A DNA stretch of 61,348 nucleotides from contig JASJQH010006882.1 of the NCBI GenBank assembly GCA_040143965.1, positions 1 through 61,348 on the forward strand, written 5' to 3'. Under the pieces are notes generated by a model. The model saw only the letters and a list, made by a program, of their open reading frames with translations. It searched no databases and had not been told where the DNA came from. Origin of the DNA: Basidiobolus ranarum (taxonomy: Eukaryota). Below, piece by piece: positions 25,059 to 38,311 of the stretch (its first letter is position 1; each line of letters begins with the position of its first letter). The translations under genes and the position numbers were made by a program.

Positions 25059-25844
25059 CTAGCAATCCGGATTAGTTACTCGTAGTTTCCTGGTATAATC
25101 AACATGATCACGTAAACTAATACTGGATCTACGGTGTTCCCAGCTATCACTGCTCACGGAACAAGGATATTCTGGTTCCAAGGTGTGCTTCTTCCGATGG
25201 TATAATATAAAGGCTAAGATTGCGCTTCCTATCAGTACTACGCCCGCCAGTGTGAAAACAGCCGCCATTAGACCTGTATTATCTATAAAACTACCTGAGC
25301 CAGGGGGAACCCCGCCTACGCCGTTCGAAACAGAGCCATTAAAACCAGAAGGTTTTGACGTCCACGTGGATGTGTTATTTAAATGATTAGAAGAGAATTG
25401 GGTCTTCAACTCAGGTTCATCTATAGTTTCATCTGTCTTAGGTGAGTGGCCTAGGAGAGGAGAGGAATCTGGATGGTTTGAACCAACAGCATATACACTG
25501 GTAAATTCATTTCCGCCACATACATCCTCTTCGTTACCTACGCAGGGGATATAGCATTTATACTCAGGAACTTTACTGGATCTGGGCGGTATTGTGTTCC
25601 CACAATAGCAGAATTTGCCATCATGTGTGCCGGAATAGATAAACTGGTGAGTTTGACAGAATTCGGCACAAAGTTCGTTTGATTGAAGAGGATCAACAAA
25701 AGGGTTGGGGAGATCTATTGAACTCAAATCATTGAGAAGAGGGGTATCGTCAGCGTCATCGTAGCATCCGACGTATACGCTGCACTGAGCTAATTTAGGA
25801 AAAAGGAGATAGAGGATTATAAAAATCACCTTGGGTTGCAGCAT
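25059..25844 (-). CDS. WSC-domain single-pass cell-wall sensor (Wsc1/Slg1-like), intronless
   Basis: Signal peptide, WSC Cys pattern (YVGCY..CAEFC..FCYCGN..CYIPCVGNEEDVCGG), one TM helix and C-terminal DYTRKLRVTNPD. Confidence 0.9.
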   Translation of the reverse strand: MLQPKVIFIILYLLFPKLAQCSVYVGCYDDADDTPLLNDLSSIDLPNPFVDPLQSNELCAEFCQTHQFIYSGTHDGKFCYCGNTIPPRSSKVPEYKCYIPCVGNEEDVCGGNEFTSVYAVGSNHPDSSPLLGHSPKTDETIDEPELKTQFSSNHLNNTSTWTSKPSGFNGSVSNGVGGVPPGSGSFIDNTGLMAAVFTLAGVVLIGSAILAFILYHRKKHTLEPEYPCSVSSDSWEHRRSSISLRDHVDYTRKLRVTNPDC

Positions 25845-26869
25845 CGAAAGCAGTTCTCATGTAAGCCAACAATGGCCTCTATTAAGCTTAGATGGGATTC
25901 ACGTTATAAATCCTTTGGAAGAAATGTTTCTTATGAAGGGAGAAGTGAAAGGAAAGAAGTAGCCAGAGAGAGCGTCGAGGAGTTTGAAGTGTTCTTTAAT
26001 ATCATCCCCATAGCTCACGTTTTTGAATATGATATGCGAGAGGCACAGTGAAGAACAACAATCACCACAGCTGTGGAGGCCCCCAACTTGGTTTGCTTTG
26101 CTTGGAATCAGTGGGAAATTACGAAAACTCCATTGATTTCAATGTTTGATTCCACAGAGATAATAAAGGCAATTTTAAGTGTAACAAGCAGATTTTGGAG
26201 CAAAAACACGAAGATCTACTGGTTTTTGTAAATAGTGACATATTTTGTTCATGCACAACCCATCCAATTCTTGCATGTTGTACACTTGAAAGTTAATACG
26301 GAGCTTTAACAGTGTCAATGCTTCAGAGTTCTTCACGTATGAGTGTGGTATCAATACTTAGTGTCACGGTGGAGCTAATGATTTAGACTTCTCTTGGAGT
26401 ACCTTATTCTGGTGCCGAGGTTGTGGAGGTTCTGTGCATGCATGGATTAGTGAAGATTTCTGATATAGTTCTCTTGGCAGATTGTGTCGAGCCTGTGCTA
26501 TCATAATACATGTATATACCTCAATGTTAGCTCTGGATATGCTGATTTATAATCCGACCAATTCTATCGATCTTCAAAACCATTGTGTTATATCACGAGT
26601 GAGACAGTCTCCGTCGTCACATGATAACTATCCCATGATGATTAGATATCGTATTTGCATTCAAGACTGCTAATTTTCCACAATGTGATAATGTTACATA
26701 TATTGGATATATAAAGCCAATCATCGTTTTATCTTACCTAAGTACGTCTCCTATTACCTCTAGCAGCAAAGCTGTGATTCAACTCCTTGAGTTTCATCAA
26801 CCGTTCAGTCGTTTAAGTTCAAATTTCCTAATTGTTGAACACTTTTAACAGCTGATATCAAAGCACAAC

Positions 26870-29794
26870 ATGTCTTCTACTCAAAATATATTCCATATTC
26901 CTTCAGTTCTTCCACTGATTCCCTTAAGTAATAAGGTCTTATTACCTGGCTTTATACTTCGCTTGGAAATCACTCAGAAGGACAACCTGAGTCTTATGGA
27001 AGAAGTCATCAAAAACGTAGAAGAAAAAAAAGATACTGTAATTATCGGATGCGTGCCTCTGAATATACCGAAGGGAGCTGCTGAAGTGAAAACTAATCAG
27101 AAAGAAAATAAGGACGTACAATTGCGCAAATTCGGTTGCGCAGCTCGTATTATTGGGTTGAAAAGATCCTTACAAGTTCGTGAGGGGTTTGTTGTGGTTT
27201 TAGAAGGTTTGTTATTAAGAATTTGGTAGATATGTAAGGAAAATTCAATAACATACATTTCCATAGGCTTGACTCGGATAGAGATACAATCAGTGGTGAA
27301 GCGTACTCCTTATCTTGAAGCTGAAGTGCTCGTTCATCGTGATCCTAGTAAATACATTGCACATAAAGATATATAGCGTAAAGAAATACTAAATGTACTG
27401 CATTTCTAGTCGATGTAACTGACCCTGCAGTGGAAGAAGCAGTAGTGAAGCTTAAGGCAACCTCACGGGAATTATTAGTTCTCCTTCAAGAATTGAAGCT
27501 TCCTGAATCAATGGTAACTCAATTACAAAAATTCATCAACACTCTCAAACCTGGGCCCCTTGCCGATATATTGGCCAGTACAGTTGACATTGGATTTGAA
27601 GATCGTTTAAAGATCCTGGATATGGTTGATCTCAAGATGCGAATCGAAGAGATTTCTGAGATGTTGATGAAACAAATACAGGTATGGTAGCTGTCAATGA
27701 TGAATCTATAAATCTGTTGATACTCAACTCAAGTCAATATTTATATAGGTACTACGAATCTCACAAAAAGTGCACTCCACTGTTAAAGGAAATCTCAGTA
27801 AAAAGCAACGTGACTACTATCTACGCCAACAAGTAATATTCTAATATTTCCTCAATTTATTTCCACTTACACTAAACGTCTCTTGTGGCTCAGATGGATG
27901 CTATCAAAAAAGAACTCAACGAGCATGACGAAGATAATGACGATGATAGCGATGACAATGACCTAGGAGAACTCACAAAAAAGCTTAAGAAAGCCAATCT
28001 GCCAGAGGCAATTTACAAAGTCACTCAACGAGAAATACGCCGTCTTAAGCGTATGCAGCCTGCAATGGGTGAATACCAAGTAATCCAATCCTACTTGGAG
28101 TGGCTATCAGAAATACCTTGGTCTGTGTCCACTGAGGATATCATTGATTTAAAAAAAACCCGCCAACAGCTCGATGACGATCACTTCGGTGTCGAAAAGG
28201 TCAAGAAGCGGATTATCGAATACCTTGCTGTACGTAAACTGAAGCAGGATCTTAGAGGTCCTATTCTATGTCTGATAGGTCCCCCTGGAGTAGGTAAAAC
28301 CTCGCTTGGTCAAAGTGTTGCATCAGCATTGGGGAGAAAATTCCATCGGATCTCACTTGGTGGTGTATCTAACGAGGCTGAAATCAGAGGTCATCGAAGG
28401 ACTTATCTTGGCTCAATGCCAGGTCTTATTGTTCATGCGCTTCGGAAGTGCGGTGTCAACAACCCAGTCATACTTCTAGGTACATATATACTGATTGCAA
28501 CTTGTATAATATAATATGCTCTATAACTGACTTTCTCTATCATAGATGAAATTGATAAGCTTGGCTCTTCCACAATTCATGGAGATCCTGCCTCCGCATT
28601 ATTGGAAGTGCTAGATCCCGAGCAAAATCACAGCTTTACAGACCATTATTTGAATGTGCCTATTGATCTTTCGAAAGTTTTATTTATTGCCACTGCTAAC
28701 CAAAATGAGACTATACCCGCGCCTCTACTGGATCGTATGGAAGTCATTCAAATTCCTGGCTACACCCTGGATGAGAAATTGATGATTGCTCGCAGACACC
28801 TGATGCCCAAGCAACTCAAGATCCACGGACTTACCAATGAACAGATTGAGTTACCTGAACCAAGTTTAGCTAAGATTATTAGTGAATATACTCGTGAGGC
28901 TGGTGTCCGCAACTTGGAAAGAGAAATTGCCGCCATCTGCCGTGTCAAAGCTGTTCAATATGCTGAAGCCGACGAGAAAAAAGACGTCTCGGCTTATACT
29001 AAAGAAATAACCGAACAAAGCGTAATCGAGATCCTTGGGGTAAAGTTTTCATCAAATATTCATCTGCACCTCCGAGACTAAGAATAGCAAACAATTTTTT
29101 TAGATCGAAAAGGTAGAAAACGAAGTTGCCGGCCGAACCTCTATACCAGGAGTTGTCACTGGTTTAGCATGGACTTCTTCAGGTTCTGGGGATATATTAT
29201 TCATTGAAGCATCTCAATCTCCCGGAAAAGGCCGTCTTCACTTGACTGGGAAACTTGGGGATGTGATAAAAGAGTCAGCTCAATTAGGGTTGTCTTGGGT
29301 GAAAGCACATGCTTACGAACTAGGGATTACGTCAGACTCTAAAAGTGAGCTTGTAGCTCATACTGATGTACACTTGCATGTTCCAGCTGGTGCTGTGCCC
29401 AAGGATGGGCCTAGTGCTGGTGTTGCTATGGTCACTAGTTTAGTGTCAATGTTTACACAAAGAGCTATACCACCTAATTTGGCAATGACAGGTGAAATCA
29501 CTCTTCGGGGTCAAGTAAGTATTAGTTTGCTTCTACTTAATTCTTCGCTATTACTAAATGTGTATAAACACCAAGGTTTTGCCCGTTGGTGGTATCAAAG
29601 AAAAGGTTCTTGCTGCTCATAGGGCAGGTATCAAAAAAGTGATTTTACCATGGCGTAATCGTAAAGACCTTAAAGAAATCCCAGAAAACGTTCAAACCGA
29701 CCTGGAGATCATATTTGTTAAGGAAATCCGAGATGTGCTAAAGATCACAGGCCTTATGGATGATCTAATGATGGGATTCATCAGCCGGCTGTAA
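26870..29794 (+). CDS. LONP2: Peroxisomal Lon protease (multi-exon)
   Basis: LON N-domain, Walker [23 protein letters not shown], catalytic PKDGPSAG and GGIKEK. C-terminal PTS1 tripeptide SRL. Confidence 0.96.
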
Positions 29795-29948
29795 AAATTA
29801 GAAATTGAATATTCTTATCCTCCATACTATTAAGAACATGTCGATGGTTTTATTTGAAAATAATATCGATAAACAAATCATCTAAATCATTGATAAAATA
29901 TATGCATCTTAATCATTTTGGGATTTCATTAGAGAAAAACTACGTTTA

Positions 29949-32124
29949 TTACCATATCCCGTCGACAGCACAAGATCTATGGAATGTAAAAAGTAACATG
30001 ATTAACAATGAGATCATTAAACTTTGCTGAGCACCTTTGGCAGAAAGTACACTCATGGAGGTGAGATTTCCTCTTATTCCCTTCTCTAGAAGTTACTGTA
30101 AGTATATGCATATTGAATTTGTCACAGAGTCATGCAACTTACTGGAACAATCCAAATTACATATGTAAGCGAGGGTAGACTGGTCATCCTGATGGTTCAA
30201 TGGCGGACACACATCAAACGAGTTTGGTTGAACTTTACACGTAGCTTGAGTAAGGTTAGTGGGTGCTTGCATATCAGGAAATACGCCATTTAGATGGTTT
30301 TTATGGAGTTTCCTTCAAGAGATAAATCGTAAGAATATCGACAATTAAAAGTGCGGGAATAGGTGACATTACAATGTATTAAGCTTCGATAGCTCTTGAA
30401 TTGATTTCGGTATCTCTCCCGTCAACTGATTGTGATCCAGAACACTAAATATCAATACACTCAGTATGTTACTTGATTTCCATTGAAATTGATCTCAATT
30501 TTCTTACAGCTTCTCTAGATTTGTAAGATATCTAATACCATCCGGTATGGGCCCAATTAATGAATTGTGCGATAGGTCTCTGATAATGCAAATTAATGAG
30601 TACTCAACTGACCAGATAGTGTCACCCAAGTCGTACTTACAGATAGGTTAGGCCACTCAGTTTGATATAGAGATCCGAAATGGAGCCATTGAAACGGTTA
30701 TGGCTTAAACTCCTAAAGAGATGATGAGTCAAATGAGACAATGATTAAAGCACTGTACTTACAGTCTTTGTAACTTGGTACAGCTCCCCAAAGCATCAGG
30801 AGGAGTTCCTTCAAGTGAATTATGACTAAGGTAAAGCTTGACCAGCGATGAAAGGTTAGATACTCCTGTAGAAATCTCTCCGTTGAAGTTGTTTCCGCTA
30901 AGAGAACTAATGCGGTTTGAAGGTGAGAAATGGTTTTGAATGAATATTATCTAATATCAGGTCATACAGTGTACTCAACGAAGATAGCTTATAAATAATT
31001 TCCGGAATCTGACCACTAAACTTATTGTAACTCAAATCCCTAGAGAAATGGAAGTGATTTATATTCAATATAGGTATCTCAAGTAGGTGCGCCTGATAGT
31101 ACGTACAATACAGAGAGTATGGATAGGTCGGTAAGAGCATCGGTCAAGCCTGTTAAGAGATTATATTTCAAGTGGCTAAAAATTGAAAGAGGTGTTAAGG
31201 GCTAAAGTAAGTGTTAACTTGTATTAGCCATCGGTACTTACAGGCTTTTAAGGTTTGTGATTTTGCTGATACTAGACGGAAGGGATCCTGTCAGATTATT
31301 GTGGCTTAGATTTCTACATTGGATTGGTACAATTAGGTACTTTATGACTAATTTTTCGAAATTTAGTGGCGTACATCGATACTAAAGATAGAACCTCTTC
31401 GGGACTAGTTGGAAGGGTGCCAGCAATCTGGTTATAACTCAAATCCCTACGAAATCAATACTCCATTTAGCAAACAGAAGTTTAGAGTGGCTACAACGAT
31501 ACTCACAGGCGCCGTAATGATGTCAAAGAATAAATGCTGGATGGAATCTGGCCGATAAGGTTGTTCTTTGAAAGTGAGCTATGGAGATATCTGGTCATTT
31601 AAAAAGGTTGATTGCTTCATCTACCGAAAAACTACATACATTGTCTCGATCTGTCCTTCCTTATTGCAACCTACTCCATACCACGAACAGCAGCTAGTAT
31701 CATCCAGATCCCATTTATCTTTATGAAGCCATTTGGGACCGTTCAGGCTTGAATAAAAGTCCTTAAGGAAACGGCAGCTGTCCTTCAAGGGGATTGGATT
31801 GGGAGTGGTCTGTTGTGATGAATCGGAAGTTTCAGGTACTTCTTGGGGAGCATTGGCTTGAGCAGAGGTGTTGTCTTCGGGAGCATTGGTTTGAGCAGAG
31901 GTTTTATCTTGGGTATCATCATTATCCTCTTCACCTTCGCCAACAATCTCATCTTGATTAACACTTTCTCCAGGATTATCCTCAACAGGACTCCCGCTAT
32001 CACCAGTGTTGACATCATCTACATTGGCGATTTGCTGTGTAGCACCAAAAGTGGCAGTGCAATATGATAAACAAGTAGAGATTATTAAAGTGATGAATGC
32101 AAGTGAGAGAAAAGAGATCTTCAT
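29949..32124 (-). CDS. Secreted or surface leucine-rich-repeat protein with plant-type LRRs (12 exons, about 502 aa)
   Basis: Signal peptide, acidic linker, LRRNT (CCSWYGVGC), 11 LxLSxNxLxGxIP-type repeats and a Cys-containing cap. The hydrophobic tail (SLMISLLIMLLFTF) depends on using the 30086 acceptor, so the last exon is less certain. Confidence 0.88.
31846..31911 (-). repeat. Imperfect 33-nt tandem duplication in LRR gene exon 1 (DKTSAQTNAPE / DNTSAQANAPQ)
   Basis: Two adjacent copies of (g)gagcattggYttgagcagaggt are visible on the + strand. Confidence 0.75.
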
Positions 32125-32623
32125 TTTCTGATATGATAAAACTAACTTTCGTTGTTACTTTAGGGGAACCGAACGTCTTTAACTGATTGCACAGCTCCCA
32201 TATCATTGGCGTTATGGTGGTAGTGTAATTTGCCAAGCCATACTATCCCTCGAATAGACGCTTGAAAGCTAAATATAGTATTCGTGGCAGTTGCTCCAAA
32301 AAGTACTAGTTCTATCTTTAGTAGATTAATAAATCCCAGCAAACCAGGAATTGGCCCGAAGATTGGGAATCATGTATATTAGACCAGTTGAACATGAGTT
32401 GCCAGCGTTATGTTAGCTACCAGATTTTCATTTAAAACTGAAGCTATTTTTAGCCCTGAACATAGTTTACATTTCCCTTCCCCTGCAAATATTTGGAAGT
32501 ACGCTGGTTGACTTTTATTACATCTTTATACACTGACTTTCATGGAAGAATCGGTTGAATTTTGGAATTTTCTTCCACAACATCTAAGCTACTCTTGACA
32601 GGCCTATTTATTGAGATTATTTC

Positions 32624-35362
32624 TTAATTACTACTACTTGAGCTCTCGGCAATATCACTCAGATCAGTCAAACTGGAATCACTTGATTGAGAGCTGGGTT
32701 CAGTTGTATAGATCACTACTGAGATAGAGGAACGTTTACGATGTTTTCTTACTGGACATTCAACAATCTGTTCGTCTCGGCTATGGAACTTATCAGATAG
32801 TTGCTTTGCCTCAATAAAGCTCTTGGACTGATTTCTTTTTAAGCTCCGGGTCACTCTAGGTGAGCTTTCAATGGATAAAGATGTCGTCTTATCAATTGCA
32901 GGAGTAGTCTCTTTGTCAGGTGATTGCTGTACATTTTGGTCTTCAATTGGATTTTCAGAGTTAAGCCACGAATAATACAGAATACTTTCAAGTTGAAGTA
33001 AATCTTGTCGACGACGATGGCCTTGGCTTAGTAAACGGAACTCCTTAGTGAGCTCTGCACACTTGGAAACGTTTTCAGGGCTTACAAAATCCATAGCTAC
33101 TTTGATGCAACTCTGATAATTGCACACCTGATGTGCACAACCAGCTGGAATAAAAACGACGTCACCAGGATTTTGATAAACCCGCCAGCCTTGTACTTCG
33201 TACTCATCAAATAATCGCTGGCGAAGGGTTTTGTTCAGATAAAATATTTGGTCGTGGATAGGATCGTCGATAGGATGACCGATTTCAGCTGCATACTTTC
33301 GTAGGAAATCTCGAATTTTCTCAAGGTCTTGAAAGCGATAAATATCCCAAACAGCCCCAATACTACGGTGTTTATCTGTCACATCCACATCTGTACGGGA
33401 ATTGTTCTCGTTTTCCCGACTCGCCGCCTCAGAATCCATGGGATTGATGCTATAAACCATCAAGTTTACGGCATCTGCCATATCTAAGTGCAAAGGAGTA
33501 GTACCAACTCCAACTTCGCCATCATCGGACCCATATGCATTGTACATCTTGGGGCCAAGGTCAGGTGGGACTACCATAGAAGGAAGACGAATCGCAAGGT
33601 TTAGAATTCCTTTACGTTGAGTGTACTCTTGAAAGGGTAGAGCTTTCATGAAATCAACAAAGTGCTCAGGAAACTTGTCTTTAAAATCCATGTCTGACGG
33701 CCAATCCTAGGATGTCAGATTTAGGGCTGGGCTGATGGGTTAGAGCTGGATAAACATTGGCAATACTAACCTTAATCCGCATGATCAAATGGTTTTCCTC
33801 TTTGTTTACGGGCCGTAAACTTACATCACTAAATCCACGGAAAAAATCATCAACTGTCATATTTGCAACCGTACATCCAGTAGAGCAATCCACCATATCA
33901 GCTTTTTCATTTCCATGATGTTTTCTAAAGTAACTTGGTGACCAATCTAACTTAACTTTAGGAAGTAAATTCCGAATTACAACGGTCTCTCCTCTTCTCC
34001 ATTTTTCTTGGAAATCTTTTAGATTGACATTTTCATAGTCCTCACAGAGATAATCAGCTTCACAGGAAAGCCCTTTTTTGATTGATTCTTCTAAATTACT
34101 GCTGGTGTCTGTTGAAGTAGCATCTGGTAGTAATTCGCTTTGAAGTCGTTCCAATTCTTGAAGACTAACTCGAGAAACACGAATCATCTGCGATTTGTCA
34201 TGAGTACGTTTGTATGAGCACATGCCAACCCGAGTAGTCCACTCATCATAACAATACAAACAGACTTCCATTCCACAAACACAACACAGCCAGAACCCAT
34301 TAAAAATTGAGGTTAGACAAACATCACACATTTGTCGAACTCCCATGGAAGTGGCTCTCTGATAGTAAACTTTGTCGCGCATAAACTGTATCTCTCGGTT
34401 GATAATTGTCATCAAACTAGGTGCAATGATTTTACGTAAATAATTCTCATGCTCTACTCCTATCTCTGGTGGAAGGCTCAATCGACTGCCTAACATTAGC
34501 AATTCCTTGGGTATTGAAGTTTGGGGAAATTCCTTATTTCGACCATTACGCGCTAGTGGTTTGTTAATATTGGTAGAACTTTGGAACGCGGGACCATAAA
34601 CGAGGTAATCCTTTGAAGTTTCTTGAAACACGCGAAAATCTCGAAAGCGACACACATCACCATTTTTGTGGATACAGCTACGGCATTTCTCAAAATTTGA
34701 ATACATGGGATTTAGGCATTGTGATTTTTGTACATGGATTTTCTCCTTCCAAATAGCTCGAGGCTGAATAGAAGCATCACGAATCTTCGCTTTCTTTGGG
34801 GAATTTTTTACCAGTTTCTTGAGGGGAACTTCTTTCTCAACTTCGTGTTTTACATTTGCTTTTTTATTCGCTCGCTTCTTCTTCACATCAAGCTTTTTAA
34901 CTTTAGTAACAAAACTGGTTCTGGCTCGAGAAGGTTTTCGAGTTTCAAACCAATCTGTAACACTTTGTATATCTACTTTAACCAAACGAGACAACCACTG
35001 TAGCTTCGAGTCGTTCGAGACGCGTCCATACACCTTCAAAGCTTCTTCAAGAATTTTCTCTTGCTCCTCAGATAGCTCACCTTTCAAAGGAATGGGGATC
35101 TCTTTTGGTGATTGTAAGGACTGTTCAAAGGAAAAATTACTATCTTGGGTTTTAATAGTACACGCTTCGTTACTTTTGTTAATAATAGTTTCATGAAACT
35201 GCTCTTCGTTAGAGCCCTGTTTCACTTGGAGCATTATTAGAGGGAATAACAAACAAAATATAACTTAGTTACGGTTAAAATTATCTTGCATATATGGGTA
35301 TGGTTATCGTGTTTAATAAGAAACCTATGCGTACAAGTTCTGTTGAAGTCTTCATATGCCAT
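32624..35362 (-). CDS. JmjC histone demethylase, KDM3/JHDM2-like (start uncertain)
   Basis: Cys-rich zinc finger (CDVC..CCVCGMEVCLYC). Intron 33770-33707 restores IKDWP. JmjC motifs PDLGPKMYNAYG, TTPLHLDMADAVN and FIPAGCAHQV. A short exon 1 (MAYEDFNRT, ATG 35362) is inferred; an alternative ATG lies at 35234. Confidence 0.9.
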
Positions 35363-35851
35363 ACTCAACGAAAAGAACTAATGGAAATGTTGTTTATGGA
35401 AAAGCCTAAACTATGAGGTTTGATTGGATTGTTGTTCGTATGTCCACACAGCCTAGACCAATTCAGATATCAGATGAGACTGGTTCATATCGTACCAAAC
35501 ATCCGCCGTTTTGGTTAGTGTCTAGTCAATAATACAAGAATGGTTTATCTGGACCCTTCTAGCCCTGTGCGTTAATTCGTAAATCGATGATGTTTCTGTA
35601 GAATCCATGTTACACTGAGCTTACACTGGGCTCTGATGCAGTTGGTTGATATTGGCTTAACATGCAAGACAAGTATGTACTGAGTTAATCAATATTCAAA
35701 ATGATAGTCACAGGTACACATCGCTTGTTGAACTTTCCAAGCACTGAAAGAAAATAAAATGGCAATTTTACGCTTACTGGGTTAATTTATAGCTGAGTAT
35801 TACATTATTTACTTTTATTTCTACAATTATGCAATAGGTAGTCACCTAGGT

Positions 35852-37793
35852 TCAGTCTTTCGCTATTACCGGGCCACCAATTGTGCTAATCAAATAAGGC
35901 CAAGCGAAAATGGCTTGAAATCGTTCTTGTAACAGTTGAAACTCCTCGGTCTCTTGCTCTTCCGAGTTGAGCAATTGATCTTCGGGAAACTCTTCTGTAG
36001 ACTACTATTAGAATGATGAAGCTAAAATATGAAGCTCATTAATCTTACCTGTATCGAAATTATCGGATATCTTTAAACTTGTAAGTAGACGTCCAAATCC
36101 CTCTACTGTAGCTGCAGTCGGTGCTACCGGACGAACATACGAATTTACTTCGGAAGATTGACTTCTTTTAACGGGAATAAGCTTGAAACTCTGTAAAATC
36201 AGACTGTCAATAAAATTTGTAACATAAAAATAATCCATTTACACCATATACCTGTAAGATAGAAGGATGCGTATCTTTCATCTTTTCTTTCAGTTGTTTG
36301 ACTTGAATTGCCGTAGATAGAGGCTTTCTTGGCTTTCGCTTCCTCCCAATATCGCTACGGCGCTTTCTTTCTGGCCCTTTCTTGGGAGCTTTTCGAGGCT
36401 TTGATTGCGGAAGAGCTCCTGCCGCCTCTAGCTTCTTCAATTTTTCTTCGGTTATCAACATTTTCCACCTTCTCCAACATTGGTTATCCGTACGACCTTC
36501 GATGTGTGATGAAATTTGTGACCACTTTCCGGCGCCTATTTCAGATACGAGTTTTCGAAGACGATCATCTTCCTCCGTAGCCCAAGGTCCTTGCTCTACA
36601 TTGGGACATAAAACGTTCATATATCTCTCTCGACATTGGACATCTGTTCGTCCTAATACGTGTTGTTGAATTTTAACCCAGTTGCCAGGTCCATATACCT
36701 CCACAGCAGAACGTAGTGCCTCATCCTCTTCGCTGGTCCAACGACCACGGCGAATGGCCGGATTCAGTGTTTTCGACCAGCGATGTAAACATTGTTGCCC
36801 GGTTCTATTATCTAAGCAATGCGCTACCTGTTGCCAGTTTCTCTCTCCGTAAACGTGAACTGCTTCTTTCAAAATGTTGTCTTCCTCTTCGGTCCATTTA
36901 TTTCTTATCATTGCGGAGTTGAGTTTGCTTTGATATTGTTTAAAGCAGCTAACAGCCGTTCTGTTAGTGCCTAAACGAATGGCGATTTCTGGCCAATTCC
37001 TACCACCCATCTCTTTCACAATCTCCACAAGTCGATGACTTTCCTGTTTAGACCATTCTTCTTTATTAATTAAAGGATGATCATGACAACTCCACTGAAT
37101 AGCGCATTCATTCGGTTTACGTGTAGGCACATGATATTTTGATATTATGTTCCAGTCGAGACCTTCCAGGTTCATTTCAAGTTCCCGGTCGGATTTTTTG
37201 GCCACTTCCCAGAGCTTATTCTTCTCTTGGTTGAAATATTTCTGTCCCAGGATCTTCATGTTCTGTTGTCTAACACCTTTTGCTAAATTTTGACGTTCTT
37301 TTTCAGTCCACCTTCGAAATTTATCGACAAGAAGTGGCTGTTGCCTCCTTAATATAGTATCTACGTTATCAAGGGGCATGTTCCCTTCCGTTTCAGCAAA
37401 AAAATGAAAACTCTGCTTCGTCGTAGGTGTAGGGGGTTTTTTCGGCTGTTTTCCGTTTATAAGGTAAAGTTCACGAAGCTCCTTTTGCATTTTAACATTT
37501 CGCTTTTGAGCTTCTTCAATTTGAGCAAGTTGCTTTTTTAAACCCTCTTGATATTTAAGATTAAGTGATAAACAGTCATATATTTCCTGTTTACTTGTAA
37601 GGTGTGAGAACTGATTTATAATATCATTGACTTCGGCATTGGAGGGTATTGGTGTATGCGTAGATGAGGTGGTAGAGTTGAGAAGATCTTCATCGTTATC
37701 GAGAACCAAAGCATGTTCTTGAAGTAATTCTTGTGAAGGGAAAGAATCGAGTAGTGTTTCTATAGCTACTTCCTCAACGTCGTTTAGAATCAT
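35852..37793 (-). CDS. SNAPC4: snRNA-activating complex Myb subunit (SNAP190-like)
   Basis: About 4.5 Myb repeats (WTEEEDNILKEAV, GRWTSEEDEAL, GPWATEEDDRL) and an N-terminal coiled coil. Two 3' introns lead to the terminal motif FQLLQERFQAIFAWPYLI; stop at 35852-35854. Confidence 0.85.
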
Positions 37794-38311
37794 GTTATGA
37801 ACTCTAACGAGTAAACTTCCCCGACTAAAGCTAGGGTTTAGTCCAACGATTGCCCTCACAATTAATACTGAAAGTAAATTTGATTGGATGTAAAAAATAC
37901 ATATCGGTGACTACTAACGAAACAAAAATATTTTTTTATCACTAAATTTGAAGAGTTTCGTTACATACTGATTTGTTTATTTCTTTTTCTTATGAATGCA
38001 AATAACATTATTCCGTTGATATTTTGCCCATTTAAGAATATCATACATTGCTGTATTACATAGAATCGTTAACGCCTGTACCTTACGTCTGTACTTGGAA
38101 TGTTTTGGCTGAGTTTGAGGCTGAGTAAATAAGTTGAAAAAAGATTTGCATTATCTTGCTTAAAAAATGGGGTACTGGTTAAGATTAGGATTAAGGATTG
38201 GGATTAGAATTGAGTGACTGGTATCATTTTACTAAGCATTAAACTAAACTCTATTAGTTAACGTAATTGCATAGTTCTTTCCAACTATTACTACCAAATA
38301 CTCTAGCACTT

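Noticed and set aside
30763-30906. Possible frameshift in the double-LRR exon
   Set aside because: A recount gives exactly 144 nt, reading DALGSCTKLQRL in frame. The gene is intact.
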